From an uncultured Acidimicrobiales bacterium (GTDB lineage Bacteria; Actinomycetota; Acidimicrobiia; Acidimicrobiales; SZUA-35), in NCBI GenBank assembly GCA_938002965.1, contig CALKZY010000015.1, forward strand, positions 17,633-81,632: 64,000 nt of DNA, read 5' to 3'. Shown here piece after piece: positions 47,911-56,979 of the stretch (position 1 is the stretch's first letter; every line of letters begins with the position of its first letter). The notes under the pieces are model-generated. The model saw only the letters and a list, made by a program, of their open reading frames with translations, did not search any database and was not told the origin of the DNA. Made by a program: the position numbers and the translations under genes.

Positions 47911-48199
47911 CTTCGCCTCGATCGAATTATCAACGAGTTCGAGCACTCTAGGTTGGCCGTCAATTTCGTTGACGGCATCGATCCGATGGATCGTGGCCGA
48001 ACCTCTCCTGGCCGCTTCGGTGGCGTTGTGTTCGATGAGAACAGGGCTGGCCTTGTCTACTACTCCGTCAGGGGCGATGTGACCAAGGCCCATTCTTGAG
48101 CATGTATTAATCGCGTCGGCTCCGTCATCTATTCGGCATCACGGATCGCCCCTCCCGGTCGTGACTAACTAACTAACTACTGAGGAGACAAGATCCACA

Positions 48200-48680
48200 A
48201 TGCCTAAATCTTCTGGCACCACCGCGCCCACATTCGACAACGCCATTCGGGCCTGTCGATTTATTGATGACGCCAAAGCGCTTTATCAGCGCCACATGTG
48301 TCTTTTACCGGTCTCGAAGAACCTTCGCGGTCGGCTTCACCACTGCATGTCGGAACGGCAAGAATGCCATGAACCGGAATGCGTGACCTACAAAACCGAT
48401 CACGTGCTCAATCTCGAGGCGCTAGGTTTCGACTGTGACGGGGATGTCAGCGCCTGCCTCGACGGCTCGTTCCTGGTCAGAAATTTTGTCAACGCCCTGA
48501 TCGACTCCGGCCTCGGCCGTGGACCCCACACCGGGGACTTCTACTGGCAGGGTGAGTGCATGGTCGTGGTCGGCGAGATGTCGGGTATGACCAATGTTGG
48601 CACCCACCGGGAACCGGTGTTTGATCCCTGCCAACAATGCGATGAGAAGCAGGTAATGGAGGGTCGTTTGCCACCCCAGG
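48200..48680 (+). pseudogene. Cys-rich hypothetical protein, apparently truncated or fused to unrelated DNA (ORF continues to 49036)
   Basis: GAGGAGA RBS; sequence character changes after MEGRL. Confidence 0.4.
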
Positions 48681-48789
48681 TAACCACATTGTTATCTGTC
48701 ATCGGATTGCCCTCGTGGTCCCGGACGTTGATCCGCACATCGTCCCCAATCTCAAGTGGATTCGGGTACGTCCCGACCGCGAAGTTGTC

Positions 48790-49996
48790 GAAGTTCACGC
48801 AGCGCTCTTCCGTCAAACAGGCCGACACGTCCCTTCGGTTGGCCGGCGAGCAGGTCAAGACGACCGAGCGCAGCCTCAAGCTCGCTAATGACGCCGTCGA
48901 GCTGGCCAAAACGGACGTCACCCGCCTCGGCGGTACCGTGTCGCGGTCCGGTCTCCTGACGATTCCTGGATTCCACGCCTGGCCGGCGCCGCAACCGCGG
49001 CGGCACAAGAACATCAGACGACCGAGTCGCTGGTGAAAACGACAGCCGACGACGCCAAGGTGGCATCCGTTGCCAAGGCGGCGGCAATCAGGCAGGCAAC
49101 TGAATCCGGAGCTCTACAAGCGGTCGACGTGGCGACCAAGGCCCTGGACAAGTCAATCGTCGCCAACGTTAAGGCGACCGCAGATGTTGAGGAGGCCACC
49201 CGCCAACTTGAATCAGCAACCGACGAACTAGAGTCTCTAACTCAAGAATCTCAAGTGATTGCCGAAGCCGTCAGCAAGCTCCAGGACAGTGTGCGGCTGA
49301 TGCAACGCGAAGTAGAAACCGTTGAGTTGTCGCTGCGAACAGCCGAGGCCGACCTTGCCGCCGCGGCCAAGCTTGTTGACGAAACCGACCTGGAGCTGGC
49401 CAACAAGCTCGATGCCGTCCACCACCGCAGTCTCGAACCACGTCGCATCGCTGACGACCTCAGAGAGCATCAAACGAACGGCGATCGTCTTGCCGTGGAC
49501 TCAGTCGATTGAGCTGTCCCGGCTTAACGCATCGTCCCAGGACGAGACCACTCTGTCGTTCAAATTCGACGATCAGCACGGCGACGTAACCGTGGAACAA
49601 ACCGAGGACGGCGGCTGCCGGCTGATCTTCACCCCCCGTGTCGACTGGACGGGAACCGTCGAGGTGGTCATTAGCCGAACGACGGCCGAGGGTACTCAAA
49701 CCGAGGTAGCACCCCTGGTTATCGTCGAACCCACCGGAGCGCAGAAGACTGTTCCCATCGCGGCACCGACACAGGGCACGACCGAGACAGCAAATGCATT
49801 TGAGGCAGCGACCGTAAATGCAACCGCAAATGCGACCGGTCCGGTCCTAGCTCAGTCTTCTGAAAAGCCCGAGACCCTGGCTCACACCGGAATTAGTTCG
49901 CCGGAGACGGGCGCCCTCGGCTTTTCTCTGGTCATCGGCGGTGCGGTTACCGTCGTGCTGTCCCGGCGGCTCGGGGCCATTTCGACCCGAAACTGA
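48790..49996 (+). pseudogene. Frameshifted remnant of a coiled-coil, sortase-anchored surface protein
   Basis: Heptad segments in ORFs 48200-49036 and 49033-49512; ORF 49322-49996 ends LAHTG + TM + RR. Confidence 0.55.
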
Positions 49997-50020
49997 ACCG
50001 TTCGTCAATAAACGGGCCAG

Positions 50021-50386
50021 GTGACGAAACGCCAAGATCAAACCGGGGTACGACAGCGTCGTCGCCCTGGCATCGCCCGAGTACGTACTGGCGGCCCTGT
50101 GCCGCATTCAGTGGTGTTGATGATTGGCGCATCGTTGGCGTTCAGCGTCTTTCCCATCGGGAGCATGTGGGCTGACGATCGATTTGATGCTGTCGAGACG
50201 TCTGTGCTGGCGATCGGTGTCTCCCAGGCTGTTCTAGTTGGTGTGGTTTCTCTCAGTACGAAGCGCTGCGTCCTAGCGCGTCGATGCCTGACGCTTCGAA
50301 GGGCATCATTGATGCTTGTTCTCTCAGGGCTTGCACTTGCTGGCGGCTATGTGGGCCCCGCTGCCGTCGACGGATCAGAGCTCTAG
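50021..50386 (+). CDS. Small hypothetical membrane protein
   Basis: Three hydrophobic segments; weak support. Confidence 0.35.
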   Translation: MTKRQDQTGVRQRRRPGIARVRTGGPVPHSVVLMIGASLAFSVFPIGSMWADDRFDAVETSVLAIGVSQAVLVGVVSLSTKRCVLARRCLTLRRASLMLVLSGLALAGGYVGPAAVDGSEL

Positions 50387-50466
50387 GGTTTCAACTCCGG
50401 GCGTCAGAGTTCATTGCGGCGGAAAAGTTCGGGTGTCGATAGCACCGTAATCGTACTGATTGCTGT

Positions 50467-50511
50467 GGTGGGCGTTGAGGGACTTGAACCCCCGACTTTC
50501 TCCTTGTAAGG
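50467..50511. repeat. att core, left copy (displaced 3' part of tRNA-Val)
   Basis: GGTGGGCGTTGAGGGACTTGAACCCCCGACTTTCTCCTTGTAAGG, identical to 63368-63412. Confidence 0.97.
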
Positions 50512-50606
50512 CGGACGAGCGTGTGCGTGTGTGTGCGCCGCTCGTCTCATCAACGGGGAAACGCCGGCCGCCCTCCTCTGAGCGTGTGCGTCAGTGCGAG
50601 GACGTT

Positions 50607-50658
50607 GGGTCCAAATTCGGGTCCAAGCCTCGCAGCGGTATGCGCTTGCAGGGGTCCA
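50607..50658 (+). repeat. Putative integrase arm-type sites, left
   Basis: GGGTCCA at 50607, 50619, 50652. Confidence 0.7.
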
Positions 50659-50685
50659 AGTCCGCAGCGACGTCTGCCTGGCTGA

Positions 50686-51045
50686 CTATCTCCGATGTGA
50701 AGATGCGCTCAAACACCAGTCGTTTGTCTGGTCCAATCGCCTGGAGAGCGTTTCATAGCGTGTTCCGGCATCGCGCGGCTGAAAGTGGATCACCTTGGTC
50801 CACTGCTTCCAGAGATGACATCCAAGTGCTGCGTCTACCTGTGGACACAGCTCGCGCAGCAACAGAAAGCGGGTGCTCCAGGCTACGTTCGGTATCGCAT
50901 GCTGTTCCAAAGCTCGTCGGACCGAGGCTTCTATCGCGCGACGAGCAAGATAAGAGCAACCGAGCCGGTAGCTGTTTCTATCCGGTCCGAGTATGAGTAG
51001 ATCGCGGCCCGCCGTTATGAGTGGCAGAGGATCAGGCATCGTCAA
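50686..51045 (-). CDS. Small HEPN-like helical protein coupled to the ATPase
   Basis: YLARRAIEASV helix and late WKQWTKVIH; overlaps the ATPase stop. Confidence 0.6.
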   Translation of the reverse strand: MTMPDPLPLITAGRDLLILGPDRNSYRLGCSYLARRAIEASVRRALEQHAIPNVAWSTRFLLLRELCPQVDAALGCHLWKQWTKVIHFQPRDAGTRYETLSRRLDQTNDWCLSASSHRR

Positions 51046-53428
51046 GCGTCCCGGGGAACAACTCCAAGGTAACCCGTCGTGTTTCGCCGACTAGCACTTC
51101 TGGCGAGAACTGCTGAAGCTCCTCATGCCCAGCATCAGAAAGTGCTTTGACAAGACTTCTCGTCTCTAGCGAATAGTCGGCTTCGATCTTCTTGGCAGTC
51201 GACTTGTCTCCCGGTCCGTAGCGAGCTAGGCCAACTCGATCCCAGAGAGTGAGTGCCGACTCGATCGACTCCTCCACCTCGGCCACGGTCACGCTTCCCG
51301 ATGCGGCCCCTCGACGGTAGTAGCGAACGGCTGCCTCCTCGAGTGCTGTTCGACAACAACCTGCGACGACGGCCATACGGACGGCTTCGGGAATCCTCAG
51401 CTCCTGCGCTAGCTGACTCGCTTCGCGTAACCGAGCCTCGATCGGCCCCTCCGCCTCATTGACGATCACGACAGATCCAGGGCCCCGCTCAAGTCGAACA
51501 ACCTCGGCGGGCAAGTCAAGGGCCTCGAGTGCCGACTCAAGCCGGCTGTCATGTGTGAAGACGACGACCTGACGAGAGCAACCGATCTCATGAAGGACCT
51601 CGGCGAGTCCATCGATCTTGATCTCATCGAGAGCATGAATCGGGTCGTCAATCAGAACGAATCCAAACGGACTATCGTCGATAAGTGCTCTGGGTACGAA
51701 TAGAGCCAGTGCGAGAGCGTGCAATTCACCCTGACTTAGGATCGATCTCGCCGAGGCGTCGACACCCTCGGTTTGACATGACAGGTTCAGTCTACGGTGC
51801 GTTTTGCCACCCTTGAGTTCTGGCATCGCCAGTTCGATTTCTGTCCCGGGACTCAAGCGACGCCAGATATTCATTGTGCGCTCACCCATGTCAGCAAGAC
51901 GTAGGTCCCGCAGATCTCGTTTCAACTCATTGAGCCATCGTTTGGCAGCTTCATAGTGCTCCCGAGAGGAGGCGACAGATGCAAGTTCCTCAGATGAGGC
52001 AATCCATCGCTGAGCGGACTCGACTACAGGAGCAACTTGTGCGCGCCGCTCTGCGTCTATCTCTTTGGCTTTCGCGCGTACCGTGGCAAAGAGTTCGATG
52101 CAACGCTCCAATTCGTCGCCGACCGTCGGCTCCTGGACGTTGTCTACCAGACGCCCGCGTACCCGCCGGGCCAAGGAGACGAGTTCTGCGATCTCTGCAA
52201 TCTCTGCGGTAGGATCAAGGCCGGTCAATTGCTCCAGCCTTGCCAATATGGCTCTCTTGCCCTGCTCTATCTGACCGTCTTCCGCCCTTCGATCGGCAGT
52301 CTTATCTTGCAGTTGTTTTAGGCTCTCCTGAGCTTGTTGGACCCACGGCAGATCGAGGCAACCCTCCCCGCAAAGCGGGCACTCCATTGACTCTGAGTTT
52401 TCCTGTCGATAGTGCGTTAACCCGAGTTCGAGGAGGTCGGCGACCCGCGCAGCAGAGACCTCAAATCCATCTAACGCTAAGGTTTCGACTCGTCGCTGGA
52501 TCTGCTCCAGCTCCTCTATCGCCGTGTCGAGAAGTGTTGGATTGACTTGGAGTACCTTGTGCACAGCGCTCGGCGTCGGCTGCAATTGGACCCGCTCTAA
52601 AACTTCGCGGAGCGCATCGATATCTGGTTCGATGACAACCATGTCTCCGATTTCGTTCGCGATTGGAAGATCCAGATTTTTGCACGAGTCAAGTACGGCG
52701 TTTCGCAGGTCATCTTCTGTGCGTTGAATCTTGTCATACTTGTAGAGCTGCGAAGCGATGGCTCCGCTCGCCTCCTCGATCGATCCCAGACCCAGGATTC
52801 GGTTAAAGGCATCGAATAGCTCGGCTGGCTTGCCATGGACGGTGGCATCAAGCTCGTCGTACGACAACAACGGTGGAAAGATATCGACTTGATCCTGGAG
52901 ATGGCGCATATCGTCTCGACTAACGACATGCGAACCGAATCGAGCGCACTGATTTCCTGCTTCGAACTCATCTCCTGCCGACCACTCAAGGTCGATATCC
53001 ACTGGCTCAGCGTGGTCATCGGCAACGAGGCGTGCAGACACTCTCGATTGGCCAGAGTAGTGGACGTTTCGCCAGTTCTCTTTCGCATCGGCGGGGGAAC
53101 GTGCCCACCTTGAGGTCCGACCGGTCAGCATTCTCTCCAGCGCTTCAGCGAAACTCGACTTGCCGATTCCATTGCCACCGACGACTAGGGTGAGGCCCTT
53201 TTTCGGGACGAACTCAATTCGACTTTGGGGACCGATTCCCCGGAAGCCCTCGGCACTAATAGATCGGAGGTAGTAGCGGCCTCCATCATCCTGTGGATTG
53301 TCGACTGATGAGTCGACTATTACCGACTCAATTACCTCTTTGGCCTCTTGGCAAAGATCTGCCTCTTCAAGTTCATCTAAAACGCGCCGTGAGATTCGCT
53401 GGAACATGTGGATAACCGCAGGTGGCAT
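51032..53428 (-). CDS. SMC/Rad50-like ABC ATPase with Zn hook and C-terminal HEPN-like extension
   Basis: GFRGIG, Walker A GGNGIGKSS, CPLC mid coiled coil, LSQGE signature, LIDDPIHALD, FTHD. Confidence 0.88.
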   Translation of the reverse strand: MPPAVIHMFQRISRRVLDELEEADLCQEAKEVIESVIVDSSVDNPQDDGGRYYLRSISAEGFRGIGPQSRIEFVPKKGLTLVVGGNGIGKSSFAEALERMLTGRTSRWARSPADAKENWRNVHYSGQSRVSARLVADDHAEPVDIDLEWSAGDEFEAGNQCARFGSHVVSRDDMRHLQDQVDIFPPLLSYDELDATVHGKPAELFDAFNRILGLGSIEEASGAIASQLYKYDKIQRTEDDLRNAVLDSCKNLDLPIANEIGDMVVIEPDIDALREVLERVQLQPTPSAVHKVLQVNPTLLDTAIEELEQIQRRVETLALDGFEVSAARVADLLELGLTHYRQENSESMECPLCGEGCLDLPWVQQAQESLKQLQDKTADRRAEDGQIEQGKRAILARLEQLTGLDPTAEIAEIAELVSLARRVRGRLVDNVQEPTVGDELERCIELFATVRAKAKEIDAERRAQVAPVVESAQRWIASSEELASVASSREHYEAAKRWLNELKRDLRDLRLADMGERTMNIWRRLSPGTEIELAMPELKGGKTHRRLNLSCQTEGVDASARSILSQGELHALALALFVPRALIDDSPFGFVLIDDPIHALDEIKIDGLAEVLHEIGCSRQVVVFTHDSRLESALEALDLPAEVVRLERGPGSVVIVNEAEGPIEARLREASQLAQELRIPEAVRMAVVAGCCRTALEEAAVRYYRRGAASGSVTVAEVEESIESALTLWDRVGLARYGPGDKSTAKKIEADYSLETRSLVKALSDAGHEELQQFSPEVLVGETRRVTLELFPGTLDDA

Positions 53429-53467
53429 CGGCCCGACCCTGCGGCGCGAATCGAGCCAATCAGTCTT

Positions 53468-54967
53468 TCAGATACGCGGCTTAAGGTCAAGTAATTGCCG
53501 TAACCCACCCAATTCAACCAGCAACCGGATTCCCTGAAGGTAGGCGAACAGCCCCTCGTTGCACCATCGACGATCGTGAGCAAGCGCAGCAAGGGAACCG
53601 GCATCAGACGTTGAGTATGTCTCTATTGCTGCCGTTTCCCAGTTGCCGATGATCAGGTGGCCCCACTGTTCCCACCATGTCTCGTCATCAATGACGATGA
53701 GACACGGGACCTCAAACGTCCCGGACAGCAGATTTAGCCCGAAACCAGTACACCACACTGAGAACGAGTCAGGATTGGCCAGTAGGGCCGCCATAGCGTC
53801 GGGTCGGTGCTGGCTATGCATCGGTGCTGCTGTCCGGCGTGCAGCTTCCGAGAGCTGCTCAAGGTCCGCTCGGCCAAGCAGTTCCTCTTCCAGCTCTCGT
53901 AGCAATGTCATTCCAAGACGTGTCTGTCGAGCGGGTTCGCCTACCGGCTGATGCCAGCCCTTCGGAATGGTCGAGATCTTGCCCGGGATGTCGATTACCT
54001 GCTTGCCTCTTACCTGGACCAGGAGGGCATAGTCGGAGGGACGCTCGTCAGTCTCCGGGCGTGCGATGGCGACCAGGGCAACAGGGCCACCCATGCAATG
54101 TCTTGATCCGACGTCGATCATCGACGCCGCATCCGGTAGCAGCGCCTCTCGAAGGGGCATTGGTGAGCCGGCAGGATGTACGCCCGCGACCTGGTCGATG
54201 AGTTCCTTCTCCATCAGCCCAGCGCGTAGGGCATAGTCAGCGAAGTCGGCTACAGCGAACGTTGTGCTCATTGCCCCACCGGCCACGTCTACTGACATCA
54301 GGCGATAGGTCGGGTTGTTGGTCAAGACCCGCCCGGCAACCTCCACATCAGCCAGGCGTCGCGTGGCAGCTTCCACTACATGATTCGACACTGCGCTGAC
54401 GCTGCCGTTCGGCGCTTCGACCAGAGCGCTACGTTCACCATCGCTTCCGAGCGCCACCGCAGCGTTGTCCCATCCATCGGTAGTCAGAATCGTGGTCTGG
54501 ATCGGCTTGCCGTCAACTACCGCCGAGTAGTAGCGGTACGGCTCTGGAGGCTTGCCGTAGTAGCCAGCGACAGCTTCCGCCAATTGATCACGGTCGATCG
54601 AGCCACGTGCGTACGCACTGGCGTGTTTGGCCGATGTCGACTCTCTCCCGATCTGGTCGGCGGCAGCACACACCGATTGGTAGATCGATTCAAACGACTG
54701 GTCGGAATTGTCGGCCAGCCAGGAGACGAATTCAACCGACCGGAGTTCACGCTTCGATGGCGCATCGACTTCGCCCAGTCCGATACCGAGGGCAGCGGCA
54801 AGGGCCGCTTCGTTTCTCGGCCGGATCTGTTGTGCTCCACGCTCCCACCTGGCAATTGTTCCGGTGTCGACGCCGACCGCCTCGGCAAGCATCTCCTGAG
54901 TGAGACCCCGTTCGCGCCGGAGCTGAGCTATCCGCTCGCCGTTCAGTGGTGGTGGAGTCGGGCTCAT
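53468..54967 (-). CDS. XRE helix-turn-helix protein with large C-terminal Nudix-like domain
   Basis: LRRERGLTQEMLAEAVGV...IARWERG; LLVQVRG, IPKGWHQP, LLRELEEELLG. Confidence 0.8.
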   Translation of the reverse strand: MSPTPPPLNGERIAQLRRERGLTQEMLAEAVGVDTGTIARWERGAQQIRPRNEAALAAALGIGLGEVDAPSKRELRSVEFVSWLADNSDQSFESIYQSVCAAADQIGRESTSAKHASAYARGSIDRDQLAEAVAGYYGKPPEPYRYYSAVVDGKPIQTTILTTDGWDNAAVALGSDGERSALVEAPNGSVSAVSNHVVEAATRRLADVEVAGRVLTNNPTYRLMSVDVAGGAMSTTFAVADFADYALRAGLMEKELIDQVAGVHPAGSPMPLREALLPDAASMIDVGSRHCMGGPVALVAIARPETDERPSDYALLVQVRGKQVIDIPGKISTIPKGWHQPVGEPARQTRLGMTLLRELEEELLGRADLEQLSEAARRTAAPMHSQHRPDAMAALLANPDSFSVWCTGFGLNLLSGTFEVPCLIVIDDETWWEQWGHLIIGNWETAAIETYSTSDAGSLAALAHDRRWCNEGLFAYLQGIRLLVELGGLRQLLDLKPRI

Positions 54968-54972
54968 GGGGA

Positions 54973-55008
54973 ACGCCTAGCAAACGCCGGAATACGCCTG
55001 GCAACGCC
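54973..55008. promoter_or_regulatory. Four helically phased ACGCC repeats, candidate operator
   Basis: ACGCC at 54973, 54984, 54994, 55004. Confidence 0.55.
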
Positions 55009-55096
55009 CTTCTGCACCTTGCTGCGGCTCATCAGACTTGATGGTGTGACTAAGGTTCATCGACCCACCCGGCTATCTGCTCCCCACGCTCCGAGG

Positions 55097-55435
55097 TCAT
55101 CGTCGACCGTTTTCATCCTTGTAGTAGCTCCATCGCTGACGGGCGGCGTCGGTGGAGATTCCCAGAGCACTACCTATCTCCGTCCATGGAACCGGGGGGT
55201 TGCTCTGTCGGCTCTGGTCGATCAACTCGCCCGTCTTGTGGCGGGCTACGTCGATCATCTCGTTCCAGTAGCCCAGGGCCTCGCGAAGGTCATCGGCCTC
55301 AATGACGGCCTCGGCGTCCTGGTGGGCGCGGTCAGCTCCTTGACGGCCGGCGGCTGCCGCATCCTGAACCCTCGCTTGGTAGTCAGACTTGGCCACGTCC
55401 TCAACATAGAGGAAACGTACCGCAGGATTCTTCAT
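55097..55435 (-). CDS. Small C-terminal HTH regulator (Kor-like position), 112 aa
   Basis: WTEIGSALGISTDAARQRW; divergent from the transfer operon. Confidence 0.75.
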   Translation of the reverse strand: MKNPAVRFLYVEDVAKSDYQARVQDAAAAGRQGADRAHQDAEAVIEADDLREALGYWNEMIDVARHKTGELIDQSRQSNPPVPWTEIGSALGISTDAARQRWSYYKDENGRR

Positions 55436-55470
55436 GGAGTATTTGACATGAAGTATTTCTTCGCTACTGT
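55433..55470 (+). promoter_or_regulatory. Transfer-operon promoter with overlapping direct-repeat operator
   Basis: TTGACA(55443)-N16-TACTGT(55465); CATGGAGTATTT (55433) and CATGAAGTATTT (55447). Confidence 0.65.
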
Positions 55471-55488
55471 TGATGTTGAGGTGCTGCC

Positions 55489-56082
55489 ATGAGTCACGAC
55501 TCAAGATCCACATCCACAAGGAGCCATTTAACGGCCACGACGAAAGTGCGATTCGTTCTCGTCGCGGCACTGCTCGTGTCCGTAGCGGCAAACATGCTGG
55601 CGGCCGAACCGACAGTGGTTGGCAGAGCGGTCGCTGCCTGGCCGCCGATTGCATTGCTTCTTCTCGTCGATGTTCTTGGGCGTACACCTCGGTCTTCAGG
55701 GTGGCTTGGCCGGCTCGTTGCTCTCGCTACGGCCAGCGTTGCCGGAGTAGCTGCAGTGGCGTCGTTTTGGCATATGCGAGCAGTGGCGTTGTCAGCCGGG
55801 GAGTCCGAGCTGGTGGCGGTGTTGTTCCCGCTGACGGTTGACGGCCTGGCGGTCGTGTGTTCGGCGGCGTTGGTGGAGCTGAGTCGTTCTGATCGGCCTG
55901 CAGCCCAAGTACCGGACTTGTCGGTGATGAGTGTTGAGAGCCCGGGGTTGGTCGACTCCACGGTTCCGATTTCGGGTTCTCAACGGTCGTTGCCGACTTC
56001 TACTCCTGCGCTTGTTGGAGGCGGACTAGCACCGGCCTTGCAGATGAAACAACCAACAAAAGAAAGAGAGATTGAACAATGA
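55489..56082 (+). CDS. DUF2637 / Spd-like membrane protein
   Basis: SVAAN, AAWPPIALL, SFWHM, FPLTVDGL. Confidence 0.8.
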   Translation: MSHDSRSTSTRSHLTATTKVRFVLVAALLVSVAANMLAAEPTVVGRAVAAWPPIALLLLVDVLGRTPRSSGWLGRLVALATASVAGVAAVASFWHMRAVALSAGESELVAVLFPLTVDGLAVVCSAALVELSRSDRPAAQVPDLSVMSVESPGLVDSTVPISGSQRSLPTSTPALVGGGLAPALQMKQPTKEREIEQ

Positions 56083-56435
56083 ACACGTTCCCAATTGACC
56101 CGGTGTGGTTCTCGGCCTCGATAGCGGCTGTCTTGCCGGTCGCTCCCTCGCTGGACTACCGCACGCAGGAACAGCGCCTGTCGCCTGACGGAGTTCCGCA
56201 GTGGACCATGTCTGTGCTGTTGGCCCCTGAGGATCAGCAGAACGCCCTGGTGGAGATCTCGATTGCCTCCCCGACCCAGCCTGCCTACATCGAAGGTGTC
56301 GTTCCTCGATTCGACGGACTTCGTGCTCGGTTCTGGCAGTCCAATCGCAACGGTCGCCAGTCGGCTGGGCTGATGGTCACTGCGGACGCTGTGCACTTCG
56401 ATTCCGGTCGGGCAGCTGAGCCCGTCGCCGCCTAA
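56079..56435 (+). CDS. SCO3933/Pra-like AICE accessory protein (possible ssDNA binding)
   Basis: DY.T.EQ...DGVPQW...FDGL.A.FW......G....ADAV. Confidence 0.65.
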   Translation: MNTFPIDPVWFSASIAAVLPVAPSLDYRTQEQRLSPDGVPQWTMSVLLAPEDQQNALVEISIASPTQPAYIEGVVPRFDGLRARFWQSNRNGRQSAGLMVTADAVHFDSGRAAEPVAA

Positions 56436-56597
56436 GGGCCAGCATGAATCCGGCTCAGGAGCGTGGCCACCGAATTGAGATGGAGAAGTTGGCCAACTCA
56501 TCGGCGATCGTTCGGGCTGAACGGTCTGGGGACTTCGCCCTGGCCGAGTTGTTGATGGACCGAAACGTCGAGCTTGAGATGGAGCTGTTGTCCCTTG

Positions 56598-56732
56598 ATG
56601 CCTCCTGACGACGAACTCGACCTGATCACCGACGTGTTCGCTCATGAACTTGCCGGTAACCCCGACGCCGCTATCCCGCTTGTTGACCGGTTGGCGGCGT
56701 CGAGATTGGAGGCCATCACGAATTCTTCCTGA
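56598..56732 (+). CDS. Small hypothetical protein, 44 aa (below ORF-track cutoff)
   Basis: MPPDDELDLITDVFAHELAG...; GGAG upstream. Confidence 0.4.
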   Translation: MPPDDELDLITDVFAHELAGNPDAAIPLVDRLAASRLEAITNSS

Positions 56733-56750
56733 CCTGTTTGTTCACCTATC

Positions 56751-56814
56751 GGCCGGGGCATGACGCCCACCCACTCGTTGTGGGTGTCGGGGTTCGTTAC
56801 CCCTTCCGGCCACA
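56751..56814 (+). other. tRNA-like three-helix structure in an AICE intergenic region
   Basis: GGCCGGGG/TTCCGGCC closing stem, GACGCCCAC/GTGGGTGTC arm, GGGG-TTCGTTA-CCCC T-like arm. Confidence 0.5.
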
Positions 56815-56853
56815 ACATCGAACCTCAATCCGACTGAATGGAAGGAGCCCTTG

Positions 56854-56979
56854 GTGGCTGAGAAAGACGCAATCACTGCAATGTTGGACGGAGCCGGCGA
56901 TCTGGTGACCGGTTTGTTCGACGACCTGTGGACCGGGTTTACCGACCTGCTCCCAGATCCTGGCGATGATGTCCTGTGA
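56854..56979 (+). CDS. Small acidic protein, 41 aa
   Basis: GAAGGAG RBS; MAEKDAITAMLDGAGDLVTGLFDDLW...; GTGA overlap with next gene. Confidence 0.55.
   Translation: MAEKDAITAMLDGAGDLVTGLFDDLWTGFTDLLPDPGDDVL

Noticed and set aside
47803-48093. 96-aa minus-strand ORF
   Set aside because: No recognisable motif and it overlaps the 3' end of the beta-helix gene; cannot be supported.
50460-50996. 178-aa plus-strand ORF, and a second tRNA gene at 50466
   Set aside because: WWALRDLNPR is translated antisense tRNA. Only the 3' 46 nt of the tRNA is present, so this is the att copy.
51032-53428. Housekeeping RecF/RecN/SbcC call
   Set aside because: It lies inside a mobile element, has no SbcD partner, and carries an extra C-terminal domain.
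54380-55492. 370-aa plus-strand ORF
   Set aside because: Antisense shadow of two better-supported HTH genes.
55436-55687. N-terminal extension of the 196-aa ORF 55097-55687
   Set aside because: It overlaps the promoter and the DUF2637 gene; ATG 55435 preferred.
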